From positions 29,793-93,792 of the forward strand of contig JAQWHM010000007.1 of NCBI GenBank assembly GCA_029249345.1: a stretch of 64,000 bases of DNA, written 5' to 3'. The position numbers and the translations under genes are program-made. The DNA is from Rhodothermales bacterium. GTDB lineage: Bacteria; Bacteroidota; Rhodothermia; Rhodothermales; UBA10348. Below are positions 9,623-19,681 of this stretch, one piece after another (within the stretch, counting starts at the first letter, position 1; the number at the start of each line of letters is the position of its first letter). Below the pieces are notes generated by a model. It did not search any database, had not been told where the DNA came from, and saw only the letters and a list, made by a program, of their open reading frames with translations.

Positions 9623-9733
9623 CTTTCTTTCGTGCTGTATCTTCTGCCGTGCTCGTTGGCCCATGCAAACATCACTTTGCTGCGCTGAAGATACACGAAT
9701 CTGACCCGCTTTCACAGGTTAACCCATGCCAAT

Positions 9734-10531
9734 GTGCACGATCGATTGACATCCCGTATTCGATTATATATCGGACTCGTTTTGCTCCTGACGCTCTTCC
9801 AGTCAGGTTCCGTTCAGGCACAGTCCACTGAGGATCCTGTGCGATTTGTGCTGTGGCTAAAGAATGATGTCCAGGCCGTACCCAAGGCACTACTTCATAC
9901 CCCCGGAGTGCGGCTCATCGGGTCTGCTACCGCGATCGTAGTTTTAGCTCGTTGGGATAGGCAAATCTCAAAAAACGCCTTGAAATGGCGGAAAAAAGAA
10001 CTTATGCGCGTGATAGAGGAAATGGGAGATGCTAACTCGGTCCGTCCTCTTGCCATCTTCTTATTCACCGGCTCGCTTTTCTCGAGAAGTCATCGATTTC
10101 AGGATGCAGCGTTCACCAGCCTCGAATCGTTGATTATGGCCAATGTACTGACCAACGCCTTGAAGTTTAGTTTCGGCCGTCAAAGACCCTTTCAGACCGA
10201 TCAACCGGACGTCTTCAAACCGTTTGGCGGTGGCTTCTCGTTCCCAAGTGGTCATGCTACGACGGCGTTCGCCTTCGTCACACCTTGGGTTCTTTATTAC
10301 CCTGGAATCGCATCCGGTACATTGGCTGTATTGGCCGCTGGTACGGCCTTTTCCCGCGTTCCACTCAAATATCATTGGCCCAGCGATGTCCTAGCTGGGG
10401 CCCTCGTGGGAGCAACCACCTCAGCATGGCTTGTCCGTCGTCATACCCGTCGCGGTTCGGAGAATCCAACGGCATCCCGTTTTAAGCCTGTAATCGGACC
10501 AACTGGATTTTCCCTTACAGTATCTTTTTAG
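9734..10531 (+). CDS. PAP2 family phosphatase (secreted/membrane)
   Basis: Signal peptide plus PAP2 motifs KFSFGRQRP, FPSGHATTAF and SRVPLKYHWPSDVLAG. GTG start at 9734. Confidence 0.8.
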   Translation: MHDRLTSRIRLYIGLVLLLTLFQSGSVQAQSTEDPVRFVLWLKNDVQAVPKALLHTPGVRLIGSATAIVVLARWDRQISKNALKWRKKELMRVIEEMGDANSVRPLAIFLFTGSLFSRSHRFQDAAFTSLESLIMANVLTNALKFSFGRQRPFQTDQPDVFKPFGGGFSFPSGHATTAFAFVTPWVLYYPGIASGTLAVLAAGTAFSRVPLKYHWPSDVLAGALVGATTSAWLVRRHTRRGSENPTASRFKPVIGPTGFSLTVSF

Positions 10532-10627
10532 ACCCGTTGAACCTGCTGTACAGACGCGAACATACATTAGGGATCGACTCATGTGATAGAGGTGCATGTA
10601 GTGAATTAACGGATCAGCTGTTTTCTT

Positions 10628-11554
10628 TTAGCCAACAGTTGATCGAATAGAAGCAATATGCTCAGGCCCTGTGCGGCAACAGCCACCAATAAGGCGAGCT
10701 CCTTTCTGGAACCACTCCCCTGCCATGATGCCGCAGGATGCTGGGTCGCCTGTACCGTGCCAGGTCTTAGTATCCGCGTGGTAGACCTCTCCTGAGTTAG
10801 GATACACGGCTATGTATTTTTCCGTGCCTGCGGTAGTGATTTCATTAATTAAGGGACTCACTAAGGCGGGTGGCACGCAATTGATGCCGATAGCTTCGAT
10901 TTGTGAGTATGTGTTTACTAGCTCTGTACACTCCTTGATGGGCGTGCCACCCGCAACATGGGTTTCATCTCGGCACTGAAAACTGATCCAAGCTGGTTTA
11001 TCCGTGCTTTCACCTAGTACATCAAGTACGATTCGGGCCTCTCGAATACTTGGAATGGTTTCAAATGCGATAATATCTGCTTCCGAATCAGCAAGGAGGC
11101 GAAGACGCGTGGCATGAAAGTCACGCATAACGGAGTCCTCCACCTCATATTTTCCGGTGTATTCAGATCCATCGGCTAAATAAGCCCCATAAGGCCCGAT
11201 ACTCGCCGAGACGAGCGGTCGAATTCGATCAGGGTGCTCTCGGCTGAAGATATTTCGTTCTTCAATTGCGAGCGAGACGGAGAAACGCATTAACTCCCGT
11301 GCTTGAAAAACGGAGAATCCAGCTGCAGTTAGCCCCTCTTCGCTGGCTTGATAACTTGCTGTCGCGATACAATCCGCACCAGCATGCAGATAATCGCGAT
11401 AGACCTCGCGAATCAGATCTGGCTTTTCTGCCAGCAACTTAGCGGACCACAGATGATGGTTTAAATCTGCGCCCTTTCGCTCTAGTTCAGTCGCGAGCCC
11501 ACCATCGAGAATAAGTACCCCGTTTCGCTCAAGAAATGGTTTAAGAATCGACAT
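10628..11554 (-). CDS. mmuM: homocysteine S-methyltransferase
   Basis: 308 aa with N-terminal ILDGGLATELE and the C-terminal zinc motif LIGGCCRTGPEHI. Confidence 0.85.
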   Translation of the reverse strand: MSILKPFLERNGVLILDGGLATELERKGADLNHHLWSAKLLAEKPDLIREVYRDYLHAGADCIATASYQASEEGLTAAGFSVFQARELMRFSVSLAIEERNIFSREHPDRIRPLVSASIGPYGAYLADGSEYTGKYEVEDSVMRDFHATRLRLLADSEADIIAFETIPSIREARIVLDVLGESTDKPAWISFQCRDETHVAGGTPIKECTELVNTYSQIEAIGINCVPPALVSPLINEITTAGTEKYIAVYPNSGEVYHADTKTWHGTGDPASCGIMAGEWFQKGARLIGGCCRTGPEHIASIRSTVG

Positions 11555-11627
11555 CGATGCCTGTCATGAGGTGAAATAAAATACCTAAGTAGTACCCAAA
11601 ATGACGCATTTTAAGCATATATAAGGC

Positions 11628-12578
11628 CTACCAAGAAGCACGTTCAAGGCGATCCAAAAGGGCCTTACCTATTCCTTCTACTGAAGGACGCATGCAGTGG
11701 ATGGTTGTGATACCTGCTCGTTCCGCATCTCGAAAGAATGAAAAAACGTGTTTAGCATAATCAGCTTCATCCTCTGCTAAGTATTCGAGCAAGCATCCTG
11801 TGGGTTTTGAAACACCGATAAATGCGCTTTGCTCAGGCTGGATGATCTCAGATCTATCGGAAACAAGGTAGACGGAAGCATTCGGTTGATAGTGTCGGTA
11901 CCGGGTTCCAGGACTTCGGCCCAGCGCTTCCGCTGCTGATTCGGCTATACCGACATCAGGGCAGACCAATTGAAGATCCTCGAGGGTCACACTACCTGGC
12001 CTCAGAATAACAGGGGATGAGCCGGTGCAGTCTAGGACAGTGGATTCAATCCCCAGCCTCGTTGCCGCTGAGCGAAGGATTATGTCAACTTTTCCGTCCA
12101 GATCCGCTTGAACGTCTTCCCAGCGTGTCGTACTCGGCCTACCAGATGAATTAGCAGAAGGCGCAGCCACTGGCGAACCCAGGCTTGCTATTAATTCAAG
12201 CGCAACCGGGTGATCGGGCATACGCACTCCGACGGTATCTAGACCTGCCGTAAGCTGATCTAAGACATCAGGTTGCCGGGGAAGTACCAGCGTGAGAGGA
12301 CCTGGGAAAAAGGCATCGACTAGATCTTGCGCATAGGCCGGCACGGTCCTCGCCAATGTGCCAATCCATTCTGGAGAAGCAATATGGGCAATAAGTGGGT
12401 TGTCCGAGGGACGTCCCTTGGCTTCAAAAATAGAAGCAAGAGCCTTTGCATTAGACGCATCAGCGCCCAGACCAAACACGGTTTCGGTTGGAAAGGCGAC
12501 CAATCCCCCACGTTTCAGGCAACTTGCCGCAGCAGGAATATCACTTGATATATGGGTTGTGCGTCGCATCATTTCCAA
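11628..12578 (-). CDS. tsaC: L-threonylcarbamoyladenylate synthase (Sua5/YwlC/TsaC long form)
   Basis: 316 aa with GGLVAFPTETVFGLGADA, KGRPSDNPLIAH and SANSSGRPS motifs, plus a C-terminal Sua5 domain. Confidence 0.85.
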   Translation of the reverse strand: MEMMRRTTHISSDIPAAASCLKRGGLVAFPTETVFGLGADASNAKALASIFEAKGRPSDNPLIAHIASPEWIGTLARTVPAYAQDLVDAFFPGPLTLVLPRQPDVLDQLTAGLDTVGVRMPDHPVALELIASLGSPVAAPSANSSGRPSTTRWEDVQADLDGKVDIILRSAATRLGIESTVLDCTGSSPVILRPGSVTLEDLQLVCPDVGIAESAAEALGRSPGTRYRHYQPNASVYLVSDRSEIIQPEQSAFIGVSKPTGCLLEYLAEDEADYAKHVFSFFRDAERAGITTIHCMRPSVEGIGKALLDRLERASW

Positions 12579-13981
12579 GAATCCAGCGCACCCTCTAACG
12601 CTTTCATCCCTCCCTCCTGTCGAACGGTTTCGTCTAGGGTAGCTTCAAAGTGCGCTCCCCATCCCGGGTAATCCAATTCATCCCACAACGTATTGTGCCA
12701 CAAGCCGACAAATACACCACCAAAATCCGCGCAGGTATGTATGAGTTTCCGAGTATAATCGATGGCTTCTGAGGGGCTCAAATTCATCCGATTGAATAGC
12801 GCCGATTCCATTACAGACAGCGGCATTTCCCACACATCCAGCTCCACATCTTCCACCGGGTTAAAAAGAGGGAACGGCAGGCAGGTAGCATGGCGGAATC
12901 CGCATTGAGTTGCGAAACCAAGCGAAGAGTCGATCTTAAAACCCGCCTGAGCTATCAAATAGGCCGATTTCGGGTGCTGATACCTCAGGTAATGCGAACG
13001 ATGGACCGTGGTGCGCCTCATCATCACGTTGTCCAATTTGGTTTTCTCTTGCTCTAATTGAACCGAGCTCAGAAACGTGTGGTATGACGGATGGAGACCG
13101 ATGCCAAAACCAGCTCGTTGCAGCAAAATGCGTTGCTCCAACATGAACGAATTCTTCAGGTCATAGGAGACATCGCGGAGCCCACGTCCGCCGGACTTTA
13201 AAAAGTAGGTGGCACTTCCATTTCGTGCTTCGACTTCCGAACGCATTCGGTTCATAGCATTCCGGAAGGGGTCATCGGTCGTAATAAGAGAAGCCACTGC
13301 CCTCATCGTGCGCCCAATACGGTGCGGAATCGATTCCTTATTCTGATTTAAAATGGACCGATCAAGCACTTCTCGTTTGTAGATTCCCGGGCGCCATTTA
13401 CGATCATAGTCAATATCATGCGTGGGACAGCACATCCAAGAATCTGCTCCCCAGGTCTTGCGCTCGAGTATGGCTCCTTTTGATTTGAGCTTGGTTGCCA
13501 CAATGAGCCGCATCCAATCCACGGTGGGTTGCGCAGCCAAGTTGAGGGCAGACTGAATGGAGCATTCAAAAGGAAAGCGCCCATGCTCATCACACTTCTT
13601 CGTGTGGACCTCCTGCCATCCTGAAAGGAAATAAAAAACACCCGCAACTGGATCAAAGCTGAAATCACCGCTGCTTTCAAATAACACTGGAATGCGTTCA
13701 TCTTCTACGCGCAGATATCTTTTTACGATCGGCAAGGGTTGATGTCCTTCAAAAAAAGACATCGTTTCGGGCTTCAGCGTAAAGGAAGCCGTTACGCCTT
13801 GGACTGGTTTGGGGTCAATGCCGTAGTAAACGGTAAATGAACCTGACGGAGCCTTATCGACCTCCTGCAATTGCACCCTGAACGGCAAAAACAACATGCG
13901 AAGCCCGTACAAAGCTCGTTTGCGGAATACGTCCGGTACGTCCAGAATGAAATGTATTGTTTCCAATGCGTGCTGCGGCAA
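12569..13981 (-). CDS. hypothetical protein, possibly polysaccharide-deacetylase-like fold
   Basis: 470-aa ORF overlapping tsaC by 10 nt. His/Asp-rich blocks CPTHDIDYD and GLHPSYHT resemble NodB-type or related deacetylases. The function call is weak. Confidence 0.45.
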   Translation of the reverse strand: MPQHALETIHFILDVPDVFRKRALYGLRMLFLPFRVQLQEVDKAPSGSFTVYYGIDPKPVQGVTASFTLKPETMSFFEGHQPLPIVKRYLRVEDERIPVLFESSGDFSFDPVAGVFYFLSGWQEVHTKKCDEHGRFPFECSIQSALNLAAQPTVDWMRLIVATKLKSKGAILERKTWGADSWMCCPTHDIDYDRKWRPGIYKREVLDRSILNQNKESIPHRIGRTMRAVASLITTDDPFRNAMNRMRSEVEARNGSATYFLKSGGRGLRDVSYDLKNSFMLEQRILLQRAGFGIGLHPSYHTFLSSVQLEQEKTKLDNVMMRRTTVHRSHYLRYQHPKSAYLIAQAGFKIDSSLGFATQCGFRHATCLPFPLFNPVEDVELDVWEMPLSVMESALFNRMNLSPSEAIDYTRKLIHTCADFGGVFVGLWHNTLWDELDYPGWGAHFEATLDETVRQEGGMKALEGALDSWK

Positions 13982-14044
13982 TGAAGCGACGTTAATGAAT
14001 TGCGCGATGTTAACTGCAATTAGGTATTTTCAATAGTACGAAAC

Positions 14045-15355
14045 ATGCGAAAGACATCCTCGGCTCGAATGGCAATGAACGGACGCTTCAAAATCTTTTC
14101 CGACCCTGTGCATGGATTTATTTCCATTCCGCGCGGACTGGTCTTGGATCTAGTCGCTTCACCAGAGGTGCAGCGACTCCGACGAATCCGCCAGCTAGGT
14201 ATTGGCCACATGGTCTTTCCGGGTGCAGAGCACTCTCGATTCGGGCATGCACTTGGGGCGATGGCTCTCATGCACGATGCGCTGTCCTCTTTATCAGAGA
14301 AAGGAACAGACATTTCGGCCGAAGAAATTCAGGCCGCCCAGATTGCAGCGCTACTTCATGACGTAGGCCACGGACCCTTCTCTCATACGCTTGAACATGA
14401 GTTACTCACTGATTTTAATCATGAGCAAATGAGTCGTGCGTTACTGGCCCGCTTGAACCGCCGATTTGGGGGGCAACTCGAAATGGCACTCGCGATGTTC
14501 GATGATACCTATGAGCGATGTTGGTTCAATGATCTAATATCGAGCCAATTAGACATGGATCGTCTGGACTATCTGCGTAGAGACTCCTACTACACGGGTG
14601 TTGTAGAAGGACGAGTTGGAGTAGGGCGCATTATTAAGACGCTACGGGTTCATCCTGGCTCTACCCCTAGTGATGATAGAATTGTAGTCGAAGCCAAAGG
14701 CTCCTATGCGGTGGAAAACTTCCTGATTGCACGCCGCTTGATGTATTGGCAGGTATATCTGCACAAAACCGTGCTCTCTGGGGACTTATTACTGCGCAGC
14801 GTTATTAGACGGGTTCGAAAGCATTTGGCAGAAGGTCAGGACCAGATCGTTGCCGGTGCCTCTGAGTCTTTTCTGTACTTCCTCCGAAATGGATATACCG
14901 GAGCCGATGTTCATCAGGCCGAGGTCCAGAATCACTATGTCGCACTTGATGATACCGATATTATTTACAGCTTAAAGATCTGGCAAAACAGCTCTGACTC
15001 TGTGCTAGCCGACCTTGCCCAGCGCATGCTAGAACGAAATTTCTTCCGAGTGGATTACCGAATAGACGACGATCGATTTGCTTCTGGATCAATGAAAGAA
15101 AAAATTGGCGCCTATCTCCTCAAAGCCGGACTTTCAGATACGTCCTCAGTGGAAGAAGACGTTTCCTACTACCTACACCGCTCACAATCCACGCATGAAG
15201 CCTACGATGCTACAGAGAATACGATTGGTGTTCTGAACCGATTTGGACGGATCGATGAGCTGTCCATTTCGGATGACGTGGGAGTGGTATCCGGTCTCGC
15301 ACAAAGACAGACCCGACCCTTCATCTGCTTCCCAAAAGAAGTAGATTCTCACTAG
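14045..15355 (+). CDS. HD-domain phosphohydrolase (dNTP triphosphohydrolase-like)
   Basis: Motifs HSRFGHALGAM, LLHDVGHGPFSH and DMDRLDYLRRDSYYTG. A later start at M11 (14075, MNGRFKIFSDPVHG) is plausible. Confidence 0.8.
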   Translation: MRKTSSARMAMNGRFKIFSDPVHGFISIPRGLVLDLVASPEVQRLRRIRQLGIGHMVFPGAEHSRFGHALGAMALMHDALSSLSEKGTDISAEEIQAAQIAALLHDVGHGPFSHTLEHELLTDFNHEQMSRALLARLNRRFGGQLEMALAMFDDTYERCWFNDLISSQLDMDRLDYLRRDSYYTGVVEGRVGVGRIIKTLRVHPGSTPSDDRIVVEAKGSYAVENFLIARRLMYWQVYLHKTVLSGDLLLRSVIRRVRKHLAEGQDQIVAGASESFLYFLRNGYTGADVHQAEVQNHYVALDDTDIIYSLKIWQNSSDSVLADLAQRMLERNFFRVDYRIDDDRFASGSMKEKIGAYLLKAGLSDTSSVEEDVSYYLHRSQSTHEAYDATENTIGVLNRFGRIDELSISDDVGVVSGLAQRQTRPFICFPKEVDSH

Positions 15356-15398
15356 CAATAATCACGGGTCGTTGGCTCGGCTTTTCCTACATTCGGTC

Positions 15399-16853
15399 AT
15401 GTCACGGATACAGAACTTTATCAATTCTCGTTTTCAGGATGCGGTTTCCGGCGAGACGCTAGATGTCGTCGAGCCGGCCACCGGTGCGCGATATACCACG
15501 GCCCCTGCCTCGTCGTATGCAGACATCGAGGCCGCCTTCCAAGCAGCATCTGCGGCGTTTAAAGCGTGGAGCACTACCCCACCCGCTAAGCGGTCTTTTT
15601 GGTTGAATCGCTTAGCCGATGCCATAGAAGAGAACCTAGATGCATTCGCTCAAGCCGAGTCGAAAGATTCCGGGAAGCCCATTTCGGTAGCGCAGACAGT
15701 AGATATTCCTCGAGCTATTGCAAACTTTCGTTTTTTTGCCACGGCAATCTTGCAAGATGCCTCGGAAGCCTACACAGACGTGAGCGGTCGTATTAACTTC
15801 ACTGTGCGACATCCATTGGGTGTTGTAGGCTGTATTTCGCCCTGGAATTTACCTCTATACCTTTTCTCCTGGAAAGTGGCTCCTGCACTCGCAGCAGGTA
15901 ACTGTGTTATTGGAAAGCCGTCGGAAGTGACGCCCTATACGGCCCACCTTTTAGGCGAAACGCTGGAAAAAATCGACTTCCCGGCTGGCGTCTTCAACAT
16001 TGTGCATGGGCATGGTCCCGAAGCCGGAGCTGCACTGGTGGCTCATCCTGGCATCAAAGCCATTTCCTTTACCGGTGGCACCCAAACCGGCCGTCTCATT
16101 GGAGAACAAGCTGGTAGAGACCTCAAAAAGGTGTCGCTCGAACTCGGTGGAAAAAACCCAACCCTTGTTTTTGCAGATGCTGATCTAGACGAGGCTGTTG
16201 ATGGTGCAGCACGAGCTGCATTTTCCAATCAGGGGCAGATCTGTCTATGTGGATCTCGAATCCTGGTCGAACAGAGTATCTATCCTCAATTCCGGGATGC
16301 ACTCGCAGCTCGCGTTCGCTCGCTGCACGTTGGCGACCCATCGGAAGCTATGACGCAAGTCGGAGCCCTCGTATCGGCCGCCCATCGCGACAAAGTGCTC
16401 TCTTATATTCAACTAGCTAAGGATGAAGGAGGGCATATTCTCTGTGGAGGGCTATCAAAAATCGTGGAGGGTCGATGTGAAAAGGGCTACTTCGTCGCTC
16501 CTACACTCCTTGACGGCCTGCCAGCTGATTGTCGTACCAATCAGGAAGAAATATTTGGTCCTGTCGCTACGCTCATGCCCTTCGAGACAGAAGAAGAGGC
16601 CATCGCCCTGGCAAATGGAACGCAATACGGACTGGCGGCCTCCGTCTGGACGTCCGATGTGAATACTGCGCATCGAGTTGGACAGGCTCTCGAATCGGGT
16701 ATTGTATGGATCAATTGCTGGATGGAGAGGGACTTACGTACCCCCTTTGGTGGCGTAAAGTCCTCGGGAATGGGACGGGAAGGCGGTTGGTATGCGTTGC
16801 GTTTCTTCACCGATCCCAAAAATATTTGTATAAAGACTCAGACTCATTCATGA
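15399..16853 (+). CDS. aldehyde dehydrogenase, probable 2-aminomuconate-6-semialdehyde dehydrogenase
   Basis: ALDH motifs ELGGKNP and GQICLCGSR (catalytic Cys), and EEIFGPV. The specific substrate is inferred from operon context with ACMSD/HAAO. I prefer the ATG at 15399 over the TTG at 15372. Confidence 0.75.
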   Translation: MSRIQNFINSRFQDAVSGETLDVVEPATGARYTTAPASSYADIEAAFQAASAAFKAWSTTPPAKRSFWLNRLADAIEENLDAFAQAESKDSGKPISVAQTVDIPRAIANFRFFATAILQDASEAYTDVSGRINFTVRHPLGVVGCISPWNLPLYLFSWKVAPALAAGNCVIGKPSEVTPYTAHLLGETLEKIDFPAGVFNIVHGHGPEAGAALVAHPGIKAISFTGGTQTGRLIGEQAGRDLKKVSLELGGKNPTLVFADADLDEAVDGAARAAFSNQGQICLCGSRILVEQSIYPQFRDALAARVRSLHVGDPSEAMTQVGALVSAAHRDKVLSYIQLAKDEGGHILCGGLSKIVEGRCEKGYFVAPTLLDGLPADCRTNQEEIFGPVATLMPFETEEEAIALANGTQYGLAASVWTSDVNTAHRVGQALESGIVWINCWMERDLRTPFGGVKSSGMGREGGWYALRFFTDPKNICIKTQTHS

Positions 16854-17272
16854 TCAACGAAATCATTACTAGTCCCGGCGCCCCAGAACCTGTAGGTGCC
16901 TACCCACATGCCCGCCGCATCGGCAATTTTCTGTATTTATCGGGAGTGGGACCTAGACAACCCAATTCTGATGCGATTCCCGGTGTAGATCTGAATGCCG
17001 ACGGCACGATTGCAACCTACGATATCGAAGTGCAGACCCGGTCGGTCCTCGATAATGTATTGAGCGTGCTCAATGCTGCGGGTCTGGGCTACGAACATCT
17101 GGCCGACATTACGGTGTTTTTAACCAACATGAAGGATGATTTCGCTACGTATAATAAAATTTATGCTGAAATTTTATCCGCGTACAAACCCTGCCGAACG
17201 ACCGTTGAGGTCGGAGCGTTACCAACACCAATCGGCATTGAATTGAAATGTATTGCGGTCTTTCCTGATTGA
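16850..17272 (+). CDS. RidA/YjgF family protein, candidate 2-aminomuconate deaminase
   Basis: MINEIITSPGAPEPVGAYPHARRIGNFLYLSG... is a typical RidA N-terminus. The ATG at 16850 overlaps the ALDH TGA (ATGA). The track ORF start 16529 is an upstream extension inside the ALDH gene. Confidence 0.8.
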   Translation: MINEIITSPGAPEPVGAYPHARRIGNFLYLSGVGPRQPNSDAIPGVDLNADGTIATYDIEVQTRSVLDNVLSVLNAAGLGYEHLADITVFLTNMKDDFATYNKIYAEILSAYKPCRTTVEVGALPTPIGIELKCIAVFPD

Positions 17273-17330
17273 TCGTGACGGTGTATTCTATTGCTGTTCG
17301 CCCCCTCCATTCATCTGATGTATTCGAATC

Positions 17331-17849
17331 ATGCTACCACCGATAAATTTTAAAAATTGGATTGACGAAAATCGAGACTTGTTAAAGCCACCCGTTGGTA
17401 ACAAATGCGTGTATACCGAAGCGGGGGACTTTATTGTTATGGTTGTGGGCGGCCCCAATGCACGGAAAGACTACCATTACAATGAAAGCGAGGAGCTTTT
17501 CTATCAAATAGAAGGCGATATCACCGTTAAAATCATCGAAAACGGTGAGTCCAAAGACATTCACATTCGTCAGGGGGAGATGTTTTTGCTCCCGGCAAAA
17601 GTCCCCCATTCACCCCAAAGAGGTGAAGGCACGGTCGGATTAGTCATCGAAAAAGTGAGGGATGATGCAGATACAGACGGCCTCATGTGGTTTTGCGATG
17701 ATTGTGGTGACAAGCTGTACGAAGAAAAATTCCATCTAGAGGACATCGTCGCTCAGCTTCCGCCCGTAATGAAACGCTTTAATGATTCAGACGAAGCGCG
17801 TACATGCGCTTCATGCGGCACCGTCATGGCTCCACCAATGAAGGCCTGA
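17331..17849 (+). CDS. 3-hydroxyanthranilate 3,4-dioxygenase
   Basis: 172-aa cupin with DYHYNESEELFYQIEGD, the PAKVPHSPQR motif, and a C-terminal CxxC...CxxC rubredoxin-like site. Confidence 0.9.
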   Translation: MLPPINFKNWIDENRDLLKPPVGNKCVYTEAGDFIVMVVGGPNARKDYHYNESEELFYQIEGDITVKIIENGESKDIHIRQGEMFLLPAKVPHSPQRGEGTVGLVIEKVRDDADTDGLMWFCDDCGDKLYEEKFHLEDIVAQLPPVMKRFNDSDEARTCASCGTVMAPPMKA

Positions 17850-17855
17850 TCCTAT

Positions 17856-18863
17856 ATGAATACGGGTTCCTACGATATACATACCCACATCTTACCCGAA
17901 TCATGGCCTGATCTCTCGGCCCGATATGGGTATGGCGGCTTCATTTCACTAGAAAAATCCGGCCCATGTTGCGCTCGTATGATGAAGGACGGGCATTTCT
18001 TTCGAGAGGTCGAATCCAACTGCTGGGACCCTAAAGTCCGAATCGAAGACTGCGACAAGCACGGCATTGGCGTTCAGGTCCTTTCGACCGTACCGGTCAT
18101 GTTCAATTATTGGGCGAAACCAGAGCATACTCTCGATCTGTCCCGATACCTGAATGACCATATCGCAGGTGTCGTTGCCGAACACCCTGATCGATTTGAA
18201 GGTCTAGGCACCGTACCACTTCAAGATCCAGATTTAGCTATCACGGAAATGGAGCGCTGCGTCAGAGAATTGGGAATGCGGGGCATCCAGATTGGTACGC
18301 ATGTAAACGGTACTAATCTGTCAGATCCTCGCTTTTTTGACTTTTTTGCCCGTATGGATGAACTGGGCGCTTGTCTTTTCGTGCATCCTTGGGACATGAT
18401 GGGCGCAGACCAGATGCAGGAATACTGGTTACCGTGGCTTGTAGGCATGCCCGCTGAAACGTCCAGAGCTATTGCCTCCTTTATTTTCGGAGGCATTTTC
18501 GAGCGATTACCCGGACTTCGCGTGGCTTTTGCACATGGCGGTGGGTCCTTCCCCATTACGGTAGGCCGGCTTGAGCATGGATTCGACGTGCGACCGGATC
18601 TGTGTGCAGTCGACAACAAGGTCTCTCCTCGAAAGTACTGCGGTCATTTTTACCTCGATTCGCTGGTACACGATCCGGCCGCACTGCGCTTTTTGGTAGA
18701 TCTCGTCGGAGCGGATCGTGTTGCACTAGGCACAGACTACCCCTTTCCGTTGGGTGAGTTGGCGCCAGGAAAGCTGATTCGGGAAACCTATGGAGATGCG
18801 ATCGACATTAAGAATCAGCTGCTCCGTAATACGGCGCGCGATTGGCTGGGCATCTCTTCATGA
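17856..18863 (+). CDS. 2-amino-3-carboxymuconate-6-semialdehyde decarboxylase (amidohydrolase_2)
   Basis: 335 aa with N-terminal DIHTHILPE, and the [16 protein letters not shown] and [11 protein letters not shown] motifs of ACMSD. Confidence 0.85.
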   Translation: MNTGSYDIHTHILPESWPDLSARYGYGGFISLEKSGPCCARMMKDGHFFREVESNCWDPKVRIEDCDKHGIGVQVLSTVPVMFNYWAKPEHTLDLSRYLNDHIAGVVAEHPDRFEGLGTVPLQDPDLAITEMERCVRELGMRGIQIGTHVNGTNLSDPRFFDFFARMDELGACLFVHPWDMMGADQMQEYWLPWLVGMPAETSRAIASFIFGGIFERLPGLRVAFAHGGGSFPITVGRLEHGFDVRPDLCAVDNKVSPRKYCGHFYLDSLVHDPAALRFLVDLVGADRVALGTDYPFPLGELAPGKLIRETYGDAIDIKNQLLRNTARDWLGISS

Positions 18864-19675
18864 TGACCACCACCTCCATCGGGAGCAAAACAATATCCTT
18901 CGACGCATCGGCACCTGTAGATCTTTCCATTCCGATGTCTTTTTCGGATTACGATCCTAATTTATACGACGTTCCGGCAGCTTCTACAGAAGCGTTCCAG
19001 GGTCAAGGTTTTATCGGCGATACGCGTCAGGGCGGAACCTGCAATTTCGACTCGCTGACGATAACACCTCATTGCAACGGCACGCATACGGAGTGTATAG
19101 GGCATATCACACACCAGCGGGTTTCACTGAATCGCGTTCTTCAGCCAGGTCTACTTCCCTGTATTCTGATTTCGATTTTACCTGAATCGTTGAAAGCTGC
19201 CGGTGAGTCTTCTCGACCTACACTAGATGCCAATCATGTTGGCATCACAGCGCGTCAACTCGAAACCAAGTTATCAGGGATCCGTCCTGCTTTTCGAACC
19301 GCTGTCATTATTCGAACACTTCCCAATGCTTTAGGCAAACAAACCCGGCAGTACGCGAACAAAAACTGGCCATTCTTCTCCATAGAAGCTATTCAACTGC
19401 TGCTTAAACTCGATGTGCAACATATACTTACCGACCTCCCTTCATTAGATAGGCTAGACGATGATGGTGAAATGGCGGCTCATCGAACATGGTGGGATCT
19501 GAAGCCAGGCGCGCATAGTGGACAGTCCGATGCGGCTACTAAACGCACGATAACAGAAATGATTTTCGTGCCAGAAACCAGCCCCGATGGACTTGGGTTA
19601 TTAAGTATTCAAACACCCGCTTTTGAATCGGACGCGGCACCTTCTAGACCTCTATTTTTCCCGGTGATCGGCTAA
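18860..19675 (+). CDS. divergent cyclase-fold protein, candidate kynurenine formamidase
   Basis: The ATG at 18860 overlaps the ACMSD stop (ATGA). Cyclase/KynB-like layout: [12 protein letters not shown] (canonical HxGTHxDxPxH), [32 protein letters not shown]. It sits between ACMSD and kynureninase. Confidence 0.5.
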   Translation: MMTTTSIGSKTISFDASAPVDLSIPMSFSDYDPNLYDVPAASTEAFQGQGFIGDTRQGGTCNFDSLTITPHCNGTHTECIGHITHQRVSLNRVLQPGLLPCILISILPESLKAAGESSRPTLDANHVGITARQLETKLSGIRPAFRTAVIIRTLPNALGKQTRQYANKNWPFFSIEAIQLLLKLDVQHILTDLPSLDRLDDDGEMAAHRTWWDLKPGAHSGQSDAATKRTITEMIFVPETSPDGLGLLSIQTPAFESDAAPSRPLFFPVIG

Positions 19676-19681
19676 GCTTTC

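Noticed and set aside
14045-15355. HD-domain dNTPase-like protein as a possible anti-phage dNTP-depletion defence gene
   Set aside because: It sits among housekeeping genes (tsaC, the kynurenine operon) with no neighbouring defence, mobile or toxin genes. This family is a common core gene in FCB-group bacteria, so the context does not support a defence island.
16529-16849. Upstream 107-codon extension of the RidA ORF (track start 16529)
   Set aside because: It lies entirely inside the aldehyde dehydrogenase gene in another frame. The RidA homology begins at the ATG at 16850, which forms an ATGA overlap with the ALDH stop.
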